From Eledone cirrhosa (Eukaryota), in contig OZ024756.1 in assembly GCA_964016885.1 (NCBI GenBank), forward strand, positions 7,626,001 to 7,690,000: DNA of 64,000 nt, read 5' to 3'. Positions 41,828 through 56,088 of this stretch are shown here, one piece after another. Made by a program: the position numbers and the translations under genes. Below the pieces are notes generated by a model. It was not told the origin of the DNA, did not search any database, and was given only the letters and a program-made list of their open reading frames with translations. Position 1 is the stretch's first letter. Each line of letters opens with the position of its first letter.

Positions 41828-41861
41828 CTTAACGTTTCGGACGCTAGTCCTTCATCAGAAG
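41828..41861 (-). ncRNA. Minimal type I hammerhead motif (Penelope-type)
   Basis: Minus strand: CTT-CTGATGA-AGGAC TAGC GTCC-GAAAC-GTT-AAG. Confidence 0.7.
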
Positions 41862-42069
41862 AAAGAATGAGAAATAAGATAGATTGAGGGGACGGGCAGG
41901 ATGGAATTGGAAAAAATGTCCTTAGATAAAAATAACAGGTTCATTCATGTTGACATCTCTTATAGGGTTTGCCCCAAAAATGTATACACAGTTTGATTAC
42001 TTATACAGGCAATATTTATTAAAATGCTGTTGAAGTGTATATACAGTTTTTGGAACAATCTGTGTGTGC

Positions 42070-42104
<35 letters not shown>

Positions 42105-42109
<5 letters not shown>

Positions 42110-44930
42110 TAATAAAAACAATGAATAAAAACAAAGAACAAGTTCCTTATATTAAAAATTCATCATTTTACGATCGTTTCTAGGATATATATGTGTGTTG
42201 GTATGTATATCATATAGATCTATGTAAAAATATTACAAACTATCAGAGGAAATATACAGACCTTCACATATATATGCTGTCTTCAGAAATGATGAGATTT
42301 GTTTATTGAAAAAAACAACAACAAAGATTTAATATAATAGGTCTGTTTGGGAACAGGTTTTGAATTGACCAATAGAAATGTAGTAAGAGGTCAAGTTGAT
42401 AGAATAGTAGTAGTAGAAATTTAATTTAGTGGTAGAGGGGTGCAGACTTCAGTTTTGAATGGAAATAATATTTTGAATGAAAATAATATTTTGGGGATGA
42501 AAAGAGGTCAAGCCGGTGAAGGGTACACGAAAATTTGATGTTATTAAAGAATAGTGTTAAAAACGAAGGAAAGTAAAATTTTAGGGTAATTGAGAAATAC
42601 CAATCTTATTTAAAACACAAGGAATCTAGATCTATAACAAGAAATTAAATTAATTGATAGGTATACTTATAGGGATAAATTTATATTACTTCATATGGAT
42701 GTGATAAATAAGAATTAGATGTTATTAAAGAATGTTGTTAAAAACGAAGGAAAATAAAATTTTGGGATAAGGGTAGTAGTTAGAAATACCAATCTTATAT
42801 AAACTACAAAGAATATAGATTCATAACAGAAAATTAAATTAATTTATATGTATACTTTCAGGTATTAATTTTAGGAAAAGAGAGCTGTAAGAAGGAAATA
42901 AAATTATGAAGTTCTCTGTAGTAAAGTACTAATTATAGGTTAACTAAATTAAAAAAACTAATTATAATAATATCTAAAATATAAGTGTAAGGTGTATATT
43001 AATTAGGTTTATAATATTTGAAAGTTCTTCTAATTCTATAATTGCAAGATATAATTAATTCTTGTCGCTTATTTAATAGGATATCCTTAGATTTCATTAT
43101 TTCAAAATGTTCCTGGGAACATAATCTACACTCATATCTGTTATTTTGATAAGGGGTGGCCCTTTTGAGCACACACCAGGTCAGGTTGTAATCGATATTC
43201 TGTTTTCTATAATTATTAATTGTTTCAGCCAAGGATGTTGTATTAGCTAATGCAGCATTTTTAAAACTATGTTTGTGGGTATTAAATCTTACTTTAAATT
43301 GGTTAGACGTAGCTCCTATATATGAATAAGTGGAGTCTTTAGTACTAATTTTACATTTATAGACTATGTTATTAATAAGACAATTTCCCTTTAATGGGCA
43401 ATTTCTTTTGTTTCTACAGTTACAACCATTCGTGAATATTATATCGGGGAGTTAGTCAAATTTGGTGTGGAATTTATTTGACTTGTTATATGTAAAGGAG
43501 ATGGTGGTTTGTTGCGGTTTATTTTAGTATTATGGTTGGTTTGATGTGTTGGTGGTATATTCGTGGTTTTTTTACATTTATATGCGTTGTACGCACTTAT
43601 ATTTTGTTGTATATTTTTGGTAGTGGAGTAGGAAAATTTGACAGTTGATCTATTTAAAATTGGATGGTATTTATGGTTTGGCGGGAGGTTTTTCTCTAGG
43701 ATAGTAAACAATTTTTTAGGGATATTATCTTTAATTTGTAGATTAAAAAGAGCATTATACCAAGTATCCCGTCTATTACGGTTTCGATATTGTTTTTTAT
43801 ATTTATACGATGTATCAGGATGTTTACTAAGAGAGTTACTATTAGTGAATTTATTATATATAGGTTTAGTTAGATTAACTGATTTAGGTGTTATAGTCTG
43901 ATTATTAGGAATTTTGTTAGTAATGTTGTTAACATATATTGGAGTAACAGGATGGATGGTTTTTTGAAAGTCATTATATTTTATGTGAGAAGAGGTAGAG
44001 AAATTAAGTTTTATGTTGATATTTTGGGGAGTAGTGTGAGTGGCATTTAGGTGTGGGTTTTTCATTTGGTGTCTGTTGGTAATATTGGGTTGTATGTTTG
44101 AAGTATTATTGGTGCAAGGTTTATAGACTAATTTGTTTTTGTGGCCGCTTCTAGCTAAAGCTTCGTTATAAAAGGGCGCATTTTTATCGAATACATCCTG
44201 GTTAGATGAAAGGTTAGAGATTCTGAGTGAGATGCTAGGTTTTTAAGGATAAATCTAGGGTGATTGGATTGTGAGTGTATGTAATGTAAGTTTTGGTTAG
44301 GTTTATGGTAAGGTTGGTAGATACCCGTAGATAAGTCTAAAGTTATATCTAGGAAATTAACTATTTTACTGGTGTTTTCAAATGTAATAGTGATATTGTA
44401 ATAGCATTGAGGAAAGTTCTAAGTTTTTTTGCTTTTTTTCGATTTCTGATAGGCTAAGATTAGTGGAAAGAAGAAGACAGTCATCACGATATAAAGCACC
44501 TTTAAGGTGGCGAAAAGAAGAATATATGTTAAATAAAGAGGCCCACAAGATCGGTAATTTGGGCAGAATCACTAGAGCCGATAGTAAATCGAAGAGATTA
44601 CTATATATATTACTGGTCCAGTATTCCTTCTGAAATTCCAGTAGTTATGTATATTTCCTCTGATAGTTTGTAATATTTTTACATAGATCTATATGATATA
44701 CATACCAACACACATATATATCCTAGAAACGATCGTAAAATGATGAAATTTTGAATATATGGAACTTGTTCTTTGTTTTTATTCATTGTTTTTATTAATT
44801 TATCTTAACTCTGTTCTCCGATGATTTTCATCGAAAATTTTTGATTGCATCTTCTCTTTTCATGATATTTGGATTACATTGAGTTCTTCATACGGATTGG
44901 ACACTACCGTATATTTTGGTAGATTTAACT
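42105..44930 (-). mobile_element. Decayed, 5'-truncated Penelope-like element with an inverted terminal repeat at its 5' end
   Basis: RT motif LYRDDC (44378-44572), NRSTVKFSYST (43439-44065), GIY-YIG C-terminus CRLC..E...LLNKRQE (42999-43232). 42105-42258 is inverted at 44648-44802. Confidence 0.88.
42160..42295 (-). ncRNA. Type I hammerhead motif with a ~100-nt stem II
   Basis: Minus strand: TCATCATTT-CTGAAGA-[~100 nt closed by ATATATATGTG/CACATATATAT]-GAAAC-GATC-GTA-AAATGATGA. Perfect 9-bp stem I. Confidence 0.7.
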
Positions 44931-45004
44931 ACACACATATATATATATATATATATACACTAACAAACACATGTAGCAGTATTATTATTGTTAAAGAAAG
45001 CATT

Positions 45005-45140
45005 ATGTCCCTTTACGATCTGAGTTCAAATCCCGCCGAGGTTGACTTTGCCTTTCATCCTTACGGGGTCGATAAAATAAAGTACCAGTAATGCACTGGG
45101 TAATTGCTGGCCTTGTGCCTAAAGTAGAAACAATTATTAT
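45005..45140 (+). mobile_element. SINE group A, 5'-truncated
   Basis: Matches the consensus. Confidence 0.9.
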
Positions 45141-45431
45141 TGTAGATACCTTCAGCTTGTAACTAGTTTTGTCTCCTACATACTGATGTACGTCTGGACA
45201 CATGAAGTTGCACGGCGTAATTAATACATGGGCACGTTTGGTAACAATTACGTGACACTCTTTGAGATCTCATGTCCACATCACTTCCGTACGAACCGGG
45301 ATTTTCTGTCGACCTATCACAAAAAAGCAGGTAAGTGAAGATCCCTCCCTCAGTCTTATATCTGATGTTATTGCACAGTCTTACTAATGAATACATTGTT
45401 TTGATTGTTATCCACGCAGCGTCAACTACAT

Positions 45432-45485
<54 letters not shown>

Positions 45486-46335
45486 AAGGTTAAACAAGGT
45501 TCAATGAATAAATCAAAGAATGAGTTTTGACATTACCATAGGATTATCGGACTCAGCGCAAGTCACGGATCTTCTGGGGATTTTCATCTTAAATATGGTA
45601 AATAGAAAACTGCCGGAGATTACTGGTGGTTTATATAGGGACGATATTTTATTTACGGTTGTCAAACACAGCAATACAGAACTAAATAGAGTTAAGAAAA
45701 ATATAATTGAATTCTTTAAAAATTACGACCTTAAATTAGAGGTTGAAAGTGGTACCAAAATAGTTAATTTCCTTGATGCTACCCTTAACTTAAACTCAGA
45801 GTTTTATTACCCTTTCCATAAGCCCAATGTAAACTTAAATTACGTTAGTTATTACTCTGATCACCCTAAATCTGTAAAAAAGGCAATTGTCAATAGTGTA
45901 CAGAAACGCATAACTAGAATATCTGCAAATAAATCCATATTTGAGGAAAAAGCAGGATATTACAATGATGCGCTAAGAAAGGTAGGTTATAAAAATAATA
46001 TAGAATATATAGACAATAATAATTCGAATCTTAGTCCTGATAAAAATAATAATATGACTGACATGTATAAACGAAAGTTTAAAAATTATAATTCAAACAC
46101 CTGTACTGTGAATAAATTGGGGAAAGAAAAACAGAACTAAATCAGTTATATGGTTTGCCCCCACCCCCCTGCTTCTGTAGCAATAAAAACACCACTAGCT
46201 AATCTATTCTTTAAAGCCTTAGATAATTCCTTCCCTATTCAACATAAATACCGTTCCATATTTAATAGACACACAATTAAACTTTCTTATTCTACATCTA
46301 TGAATATGGCCCAAAACATCGCTAAACTAAATAAT

Positions 46336-46452
46336 TGTTTCTACTTTAGGCACAAGGCCAGCAATTACCCAGTGCATTACTGGTACTTTATTTTATCGAC
46401 CCCGTAAGGATGAAAGGCAAAGTCAACCTCGGCGGGATTTGAACTCAGATCG
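46336..46452 (-). mobile_element. SINE group A inserted into the Penelope ORF, 13-bp target-site duplication
   Basis: TAAACTAAATAAT at 46323-46335 and 46453-46465. Confidence 0.92.
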
Positions 46453-47825
46453 TAAACTAAATAATAGAATTCTAAACCAGAATCAGCATAATAGTGTTAA
46501 TAATAGTGTTAATATAAATTATAATAATAATAAATCGAAATGTAATTGTAGAAATAAACCAGATTGCCCTCTGCAAAATAATTGTCTGGATAGAAATTTG
46601 GTGTATAAATGCACCGTAAAAGCAAATAACATCACACACAACTACATAGGTGCAACTTCTTCGACATTTAAATCTAGATTTGGGAATCACAAATGCTCTT
46701 TTTCGAATCCTAATAGGAAGTCTTCGATTCTTTGGACGAAGCTATGTAATAGTAGAATCTACCCGAATTCGTCTATATCATCTAACTGCAACTTCTGTAC
46801 TAAGGAGATACTATTAATAATTACTAATTATGAAAACTTAATTAACAAAAAAAATGAATTATTCTCAAACTACCCTCATAAAGCTTTGTCTACTTTCCAA
46901 ATAGTCAGGAAAAAACACTAAATATACAGGTGTTGACGTCTCTTTTCAAATGTTGTACCTAAAACGTTATAGCAGTTTATAAAACTTTAATAATGTTTTA
47001 TTTTCTATTCATTTATGATAGAATTAATGTTAGACTGAAGGGTCCTGTTTAGGTATATAAACATATTATTTGTTAACTTGTTCTCTTGATGAATATGCAC
47101 ACCTTTGGATTATTTTAGATATATATAAGTTAGATTGGGATCCTTATATATTTGTATTTGTTTTAAATATATAATTTGGATATATGACTTGTAAGATTAC
47201 CGGTTATAATTGATCCGTAAATCATTCATGCATTTATATATTTTACTTATTTTGAGTATGTTTGGGATTCAGAAAGTTAGATTTGTACATATATATTTTC
47301 ATATATATTTAAGTATAAATGTCACAAATCATACTAGTCGACAAATATTGGTCTTTCTTTCCACTGAACTGGAGGTAAAACTACAATTATAACATTACTA
47401 ATAATGATTGTAATTATTTATTTATTATATGTATATCATTTCATTAATACCTCTCTCTATATATTTGAACAAACTTGTTTATCTAGTATAATAACATGCT
47501 CCTAGTTACATTTAGAAGTAATTTGGATACTCAAATGACTCTCTATTGTTATAATTGTTAGATATTTCCTTAATGTTCTAAATTCTTCTTCCTCTATGCC
47601 TTTCTTTTCTTTCCTCATTCTCAGTAATTTAAATTATTTAACAGTTATTTTGCTACCATGTATTTTTTAAACTTTCTCACACGTACTCTATCTATTGTAT
47701 GTATTATGTGTTTTTCTCATGTTTTCAATATTAAGGTATATAAATATTGGATTTTGTCATATATTACTCACTACCATGACTGAATCTTAACCATCTACTA
47801 TGTCAGGGTATGTCTTGCATCATCT

Positions 47826-47892
47826 TATTTTATCTGATGAGAACGTACTGTTGAAGTTAACCCAGTACATCTGAAATATGTATAATAAAATA
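47826..47892 (+). ncRNA. Type I hammerhead motif at the 3' end of the Penelope element
   Basis: TATTTTAT-CTGATGA-GAACGTACTG..CAGTACATCT-GAAA-TATGTA-TA-ATAAAATA. Confidence 0.78.
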
Positions 47893-47964
47893 TACTTGAT
47901 CACAAGAATATCTATTTTGTTAATATATATATTTTCAATTAATATTATATATATATATATATAT

Positions 47965-48679
47965 TAAAATAACAGATTAAAGTTTAAGCAAAGAATCGCT
48001 GCTTTCACCCTTAACGGGATCTTCTGAAACTAACAAAGTCAATCTGTAAACGCAGAAGTGGATATTTCAAAAAAACGTTGCAACCGGAGGAAGACAGGAA
48101 GACGATACTTTGGTTCGTGGAAACGTTCCATGGCAAAGAACGGGAAAAAACGAATATAATACGTCATTATTTGGAGCGGTGAAAAACAATTACACGCAAA
48201 GACAGAACCACGTTTATGGTATAAAAGAAGTCATAGACTAATATTCTCTTAGGTGGTGCATAGAGACGTTCTCTGGCAATGAACGGAAAAAACGAAGATA
48301 ATACGTTATATGTGCAGCGTGGAGAACAATGGCACGCAAAGACAAAACCACGTAAATGATATAACTGAAGTCGTAGACTAAAATTCTAACTAGGAAACCG
48401 AATGATTCTCCGCTTCAGAGTTAAGAATAAAGTAAATAAAATACGGAGGTAATTGAAATTAAATAAATACATACACGCATCCAAATACGTAAATACACAA
48501 GCATACGCGAAAACACTCGCCAGAGGTATACAAATACACGCACATATAAATATGCGTGTGTGGGTGTATACAAATAATTAAATAAACGTATATAAATAAA
48601 TAAATACGTGTTAGTTTCAGAATATCCCGTTAAGGGTGAAAGCAGCGACTCCCCGCTCAAACTTTAATCTGTTATTTGA

Positions 48680-48680
<1 letters not shown>
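47965..48680 (-). mobile_element. ORF-less terminal fragment of the 5051-6150 Penelope family with inverted end
   Basis: 47965-48128 is nearly identical to 5051-5213; inverted copy at ~48610-48680; internal ~145-bp duplication. Confidence 0.78.
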
Positions 48681-48717
<37 letters not shown>

Positions 48718-48719
<2 letters not shown>

Positions 48720-48906
48720 CGAAGGAAATGTGGTAAGGAACCAGGTGGACCATAACGCACCAAAGTACTCAATACTTGAGGTAGTAGAGTGGGTAATAGG
48801 AACCAGTAAGACCCCGAGAGCTGAGCTCAAGCCTTTTCGACGGCTAATTTAGTGCAGAATTAGCCGTCGAAACGGCTTGAGCTCAGCTGTCGGGGTCTTA
48901 CTGGTT

Positions 48907-48909
<3 letters not shown>
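48718..48909. mobile_element. Palindromic mini-element, family P
   Basis: Self-complementary ~48795-48909; extension matches the reverse complement of 11275-11345. Confidence 0.8.
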
Positions 48910-48961
<52 letters not shown>

Positions 48962-49095
48962 TTTTATTTCCTTTGCCGTCTTTTGTATTCTGTTGACTGT
49001 AACTTTCTGTTAACACAAATGTTAATGCGGTCTCTTGTTTGTTCGTTTCTTGTTTCGAGCCCTCTTTGGATTTTAGTCTTCAAATTTATTATTAT

Positions 49096-49127
<32 letters not shown>

Positions 49128-49130
<3 letters not shown>

Positions 49131-49250
49131 GAGGTTCTATTTAAATTGTTGTGATACAACAAGAAATATTTTTATAACTGATATAAAGCACTCAACAAAT
49201 AATTGGAGTAAAAATAAGATATTAACAAATGCAAACTATATTTATATATA

Positions 49251-49309
<59 letters not shown>

Positions 49310-49467
49310 GATATTAACAAATGGAAACTATATTTATAAAACCATATCTATTTTATTATTTCAAGGATACCATGTTAAATTATGGTATGCCTTCATCAGA
49401 AAATACAATATATACCAGTTTTATAAATAAATTTTGACATACCCTTTCAAAATGCAACCGTTACTTA

Positions 49468-49470
<3 letters not shown>
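49128..49470 (-). mobile_element. Decayed fragments of the 24341-type hammerhead terminal repeat
   Basis: ACGATATTAACAAATGGAAACTATATTTATAAAACCATAT...CTTCATCAGA; stem III region deleted. Confidence 0.65.
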
Positions 49471-49529
<59 letters not shown>

Positions 49530-49619
49530 GAGAGGTATAGAGATTGTTTTAGCGAGAAGCTAATAGTATTCTATAACATATATATATTGCGGTGATAACC
49601 ACAATTCAACAGATATGAC

Positions 49620-52600
49620 CTATAGACATACTAGTCTATTCTATACCAATATAGACACACTAGTATGTTGTGTACTAATATAGACATGCTAGTATGTTGT
49701 GTACCAATATAGTCATACTAGTATGTTGTGTACCAATGTAGTCATACTAGTATATTCTATACCAATATAGACACACTAGTATGGTGTGTACCAATATATA
49801 GACATACTAGTATATTCTATACCAATATAGACACACTAGTATGGTGTGTACCAATATATAGACATGCTAGTCTATTCTATACCAATATAGACACACTAGT
49901 ATGTTGTATATCAATATATAGACATACTAGTATGTTCTATACCAATATAGTCACACTAGTATGTTGTGTACCCATATATAGACACATTAGTATGTTATGT
50001 ACCAATATAGTCACACTAGTATGTTGTGTATCACTATAGACATACTAATATGTTGTGTACAAATATAGTCATACTAGTATGTTGTGTACCAATATAGTCA
50101 CACTAGTATGTTGTGTATCAATATAGACATACTAATATGTTGTGTACCAATATAGTCATACTAGTATGTTGTGTACCAATATAGTCATACTAGTATGTTG
50201 TGTATCAATATAGACACAATAGTTGTCTACCAATATATAGACATAGTAGTCTATTCTATACCAATATAGACACATTAGTATGTTGTGTACCAATATAGTC
50301 ATACTAGTATGTTCTATACCAATATACTCACACTAGTATGTTGTGTATCAATATAGACACACTAGTATGTTATGTACCAATATAGTCACACTAGTATGTT
50401 GTGTATCAATATAGACATAATAGTTGTCTACCAATATATAGACATACTAGTCTATTCTATACCAATATAGTCACACTAGTATGTTATGTACCAATATAGT
50501 CACACTAGTATGGTGTGTACCAATATAGTCACACTAGTATGTTGTGTATCAATATAGACACACTAGTATGTTATGTACCAATATAGTCACACTAGTATGT
50601 TGTGTACCAATATAGTCATACTAGTATGTCGTGTATCAATATAGACACACTAGTATGTTGTGTATCAATATAGACACACTAGTGTGTCGTGTATCAATAT
50701 AGTCATACTAGTATGTTGTGTATCAATATAGACACACTAGTATGTTGTGTATCAATATAGTCATAATAGTATGTTGTGTATCAATATAGACATACTAGTA
50801 TGTTGTGTACCAATATAGTCACACTAGTATGTTATGTACCAATATAGACATACTAGTATGTTGTGTACCAATATAGTCATACTAGTATTTTATGTACCAA
50901 TATAGTCATACTAGTATGTTGTGTATCAATATAGACATACTAGTATGTTGTGTACCAATATAGTCATACTAGTATGTTATGTACCAATATAGTCATACTA
51001 GTATGTTATGTACCAATATAGACATACTAGTATGTTGTGTACCAATATAGTCACACTAGTATGTTATGTACCAATATAGTCACACTAGTATGTTGTGTAT
51101 CAATATAGACACACTAGTATGTTATGTACCAATATAGTCATACTAGGATGTTATGTACCAATATAGTCATACTAGTATGCTGTGTACCAATATAGTCACA
51201 CTAGTATGTTATGTACCAATATAGTCACACTAGTATGTTATGTACCAATATAGTCATACTAGTATGTTGTGTATCAATATAGACATACTAGTATGTTGTG
51301 TACCTATATAGTCACACTAGTATGTTATGTACTAATATAGACATACTAGTATGTTGTGTACCAATATAGTCATACTAGTATGTTATGTACCAATATAGTC
51401 ATACTAGTATATTCTATACCAATATAGACACACTAGTATGGTGTGTACCAATATATAGACATACTAGTATATTCTATACCAATATAGACACACTAGTATG
51501 GTGTGTACCAATAGATAGACATGCTAGTCTATTCTATACCAATATAGACACACTAGTATGTTTTATATCAATATATAGACATACTAGTATGTTCTATACC
51601 AATATAGTCACACTAGTATGTTGTGTACCAATATATAGACACATTAGTATGTTATGTACCAATATAGTCACACTAGTATGTTGTGTATCAATATAGACAT
51701 ACTAATATGTTGTGTACCAATATAGTCATACTAGTATGTTGTGTACCAATATAGTCACACTAGTATGTTGTGTATCAATATAGACACAATAGTTGTCTAC
51801 CAATATATAGACATACTAGTCTATTCTATACCAATATAGACACACTAGTATGTTGTGTACCAATATAGTCATACTAGTATGTTCTATACCAATATACTCA
51901 CACTAGTATGTTGTGTATCAATATAGACACACTAGTATGTTATGTACCAATATAGTCACACTAGTATGTTGTGTATCAATATAGACACAATAGTTTTCTA
52001 CCAATATATAGACATACTAGTCTATTCTATACCAATATAGTCACACTAGTATGTTATGTACCAATATAGTCACACTAGTATGGTGTGTACCAATATAGTC
52101 ACACTAGTATGTTGTGTATCACTATAGACACACTAGTATGTTATGTACCAATATAGTCACACTAGTATGTTGTGTACCAATATAGTCATACTAGTATGTC
52201 GTGTATCAATATAGACACACTAGTATGTTGTGTATCAATATAGACACACTAGTATGTCGTGTATCAATATAGTCATACTAGTATGTTGTGTATCAATATA
52301 GACACACTAGTATGTTGTGTATCAATATAGTCATACTAGTATGTTGTGTATCAATATAGACATACTAGTATGTTGTGTACCAATATAGTCACACTAGTAT
52401 GTTATGTACCAATATAGACATACTAGTATGTTGTGTACCAATATAGTCATACTAGTATGTTATGTACCAATATAGTCATACTAGTATGTTATGTACCAAT
52501 ATAGACATACTAGTATGTTGTGTACCAATATAGTCATACTAGTATGTTATGTACCAATATAGTCACACTAGTATGTTGTGTATCAATATAGACGCACTAG

Positions 52601-54438
52601 TATGTTATGTACCAATATAGTCATACTAGGATGTTATGTACCAATATAGTCATACTAGTATGCTGTGTACCAATATAGTCACACTAGTATGTTATGTACC
52701 AATATAGTCACACTAGTATGTTATGTACCAATATAGTCACACTAGTGTGTTGTGTATCAATATAGACACACTAGTATGTTATGTACCAATATAGTCATAC
52801 TAGGATGTTATGTACCAATATAGTCATACTAGTATGTTGTGTACCAATATAGTCATACTAGTATGTTATGTACCAATATAGTCATACTAGTATGTTGTGT
52901 ACCAATATAGTCATACTAGTATGTTATGTACCAATATAGTCATACTAGTATGTTGTGTACCAATATAGTGATACTAGTATGTTATGTGCCAATATAGTCA
53001 TACTAGTATGTTGTGTACCAATATAGTCACACTAGCATGGTGTGTACCAATATAGTCATACTAGTATGTTGTGTACCGATATAGTCACACTAGTATGTTG
53101 TGTATCAATATAGACACACTAGTATGTTGTGTACCAATATAGTCACACTAGTATGTTGTATACCGATATAGTCACACTAGTATGTTGTGTACCAATATAG
53201 TCATACTAGTATGTTGTGTACGAATATAGTCACACTAGTATGTTGTATACCGATATAGTCACACTAGTATGTTGTGTACCGATATAGTCACACTAGGATG
53301 TTATGTACCAATATAGTCACACTAGTATGTTGTATACCAATATAGTCACACTAGTATGTTGTATACCGATATAGTCACACTAGTATGTTGTGTACCAATA
53401 TAGTCATACTAGTATGTTGTGTACCAATATAGACACTCTAGTATGTTGTGTACCAATATAGTCATACTAGTATGTTGTGTACCAATATAGTCATACTAGT
53501 ATGTTATGTACCAATATAGTCACACTAGTATGTTGTGTACCAATATAGTCATACTAGTATGTTGTGTACCAATATAGACACACTAGTATGTTCTATACCA
53601 ATATAGTCACACTAGTATGTTGTGTACCAATATAGTCTTACTAGTATGTTATGTACCAATATAGTCATACTAGTATGTTATGTACCAATATAGTCATACT
53701 AGTATGTTGTGTACCAATATAGTCATACTAGTATGTTGTGTACCAATATAGACACACTAGTATGTTCTATACCAATATAGTCACACTAGTATGTTATGTA
53801 CCAATATAGTCATACTAGTATGTTGTGTACCAATATAGACACACTAGTATGTTCTATACCAATATAGTCACACTAGTATGTTGTGTACCAATATAGTCAC
53901 ACTAGTATGTTGTGTACCAATATAGTCACACTAGTATGTTATGTACCAATATAGTCACACTAGTATGTTGTGTACCAATATAGTCATACTAGTATGTTGT
54001 GTACCAATATAGTCATACTAGTATGTTGTGTACCAATATAGTCATACTAGTATGTTGTGTACCAATATAGTCATACTAGTATGTTGTGTACCAATATAGA
54101 CACACTAGTATGTTCTATACCAATATAGTCACACTAGTATGTTGTGTACCAATATAGACACACTAGTATGTTCTATACCAATATAGTCACACTAGTATGT
54201 TGTGTACCAATATAGTCATACTAGTATGGTGTGTACCAATATAGTCATACTAGTATGTTGTGTACCAATATAGTCATACTAGTATGTTGTGTACCAATAT
54301 AGTCACACTAGTATGTTATGTACCAATATAGACATACTAGTATGTTATGTACCAATATAGTCCCACTAGTATGTTATGTACCAATATAGTCACACTAGTA
54401 TGTTGTGTACCAATATAGTCACACTAGTATGTTGTGTG
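49620..54438. repeat. 29-bp satellite, ~165 copies
   Basis: Unit ACTAGTATGTTGTGTACCAATATAGTCAC with variants. Confidence 0.97.
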
Positions 54439-54506
54439 TAACTATCCAAATAAAACTGCTTTTATCTACCTACGTTTTCCTTTCTTTTTCTCATCTTTCT
54501 ATCAAT

Positions 54507-54605
<99 letters not shown>

Positions 54606-54730
54606 ATAAACATGTATGTATATATGTGTATAACCAAAGATTAATATGGTTCATTGATTACTCAATGAATACAGTTTTACAATAGATTAAAAGCACTCAA
54701 CAGCTAAAAAAAATGTTCCTGGAATTTTTC

Positions 54731-55075
54731 ATATTATTCAATATATTAACAAATGGAGATATTCACATAATCAAAATATATGCTTTATTATATACATTTC
54801 AGAGGTACTGTGTTGTTTTTTCAGTACGTCCTCGTCAGATAAAATATATAATTTGATATATGACCTACCTCTACGGTTGTTGATATTTCAATTCCAGTAT
54901 TGGCAGTACTGGAATTGAACCATCAAGACCGTTGAGGTATGTCATATATCAAATCATATATTTTATCTGACGAGGACGTACTGAAAAACAACACAGTACC
55001 TCTGAAATGTATATAATAAAGCATATATTTTGATTATGTGAATATCTCCATTTGTTAATATTTTGAATAATATAT
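54731..55075. mobile_element. Palindromic mini-element with paired hammerheads (minus 54783-54846, plus 54959-55021)
   Basis: Arms ~54731-54895 and ~54910-55075. CTGACGA-GGACGTACTG..CAGTACCTCT-GAAA-TGTATA-TA-ATAAAG. Confidence 0.85.
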
Positions 55076-55140
55076 GTTCATATGTATATATATATGTGTT
55101 TGTATATATATATGTATATATATATATGTGTGTGTATATG

Positions 55141-55171
<31 letters not shown>

Positions 55172-55195
55172 ATGTGTATATATATATTTGTGTAT

Positions 55196-55247
<52 letters not shown>

Positions 55248-55369
55248 ATGTGTATATATATATATATGTGTGTTTGTGTGTATATATATATGTGTGTATG
55301 TGTATATAAATGTGTGTATGTATATGTATATATATATATGTTTATATGTATATATGTATATGTGTATGC

Positions 55370-55402
<33 letters not shown>

Positions 55403-55434
55403 AGAAATTAAAGGATGGTTTTAAAAGTTCCATA

Positions 55435-55499
55435 TATTTTATTATGCGCATTTCAAAAATAAATATCATCCTGGGACGATAATTGTGTTTTCATCAAAT

Positions 55500-55505
<6 letters not shown>
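55435..55505 (-). ncRNA. Hammerhead motif of the 20572 family, core reads TTGATGA (probably decayed)
   Basis: Minus strand: TATTTTAT-TTGATGA-AAACAC..TTTTT-GAAA-TGCGCA-TA-ATAAAATA. Confidence 0.55.
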
Positions 55506-55551
<46 letters not shown>

Positions 55552-56001
55552 TATACGTATATATGTATATGTTTATATGTATATATATGTGTGTATGTAT
55601 ATGTGTATATATATAGAAGAAGGAACGCTCGACTTTCGTATATGTTTATATGGACCTGTACACTTTTTTCTCCTATTTCTTTCCTATTTTTCCTCTTTCT
55701 TGCTATCTCCTCTTCTTATCCCCCTGTTCTTCCTCCTTTCCCTCTCTTTCCTTTTCTCTCTCCTTTTTTCTCTCTCCCTTTTTTCTCTCCTCTCTCCTTT
55801 TCCACCTGGCCTTTTGATTAATAAAAGGCTTCGGGCGCACCAGAACTACACCGATGTCCTGTAATTCAGCGCCGAAACATCGGGTCGGGAAACATTTACA
55901 GCTGACGATGGAAACTCCTTTCTTCCTTTCTCCTCCTGTTCCGTCCTTACCGCCATCCTAAACCTTGTTTTTAGTAACCACACAGCTCCTTTCGTTTCAT
56001 A

Positions 56002-56088
<87 letters not shown>

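Larger units (their letters stand above)
45484..47945 (+). mobile_element. 5'-truncated Penelope-like element (RT motif C through GIY-YIG, long 3'UTR, terminal hammerhead) inside (TA)n
   Basis: FDITIG..DSAQVTDL.G, GGLYRDD, VNFLDATLNL, SDHP, FNRHTIKLSYS, CNCRNKPDCPL, LVY...YIGAT..FKSR..NH, CNFC.KE, INKKNE. Confidence 0.92.
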
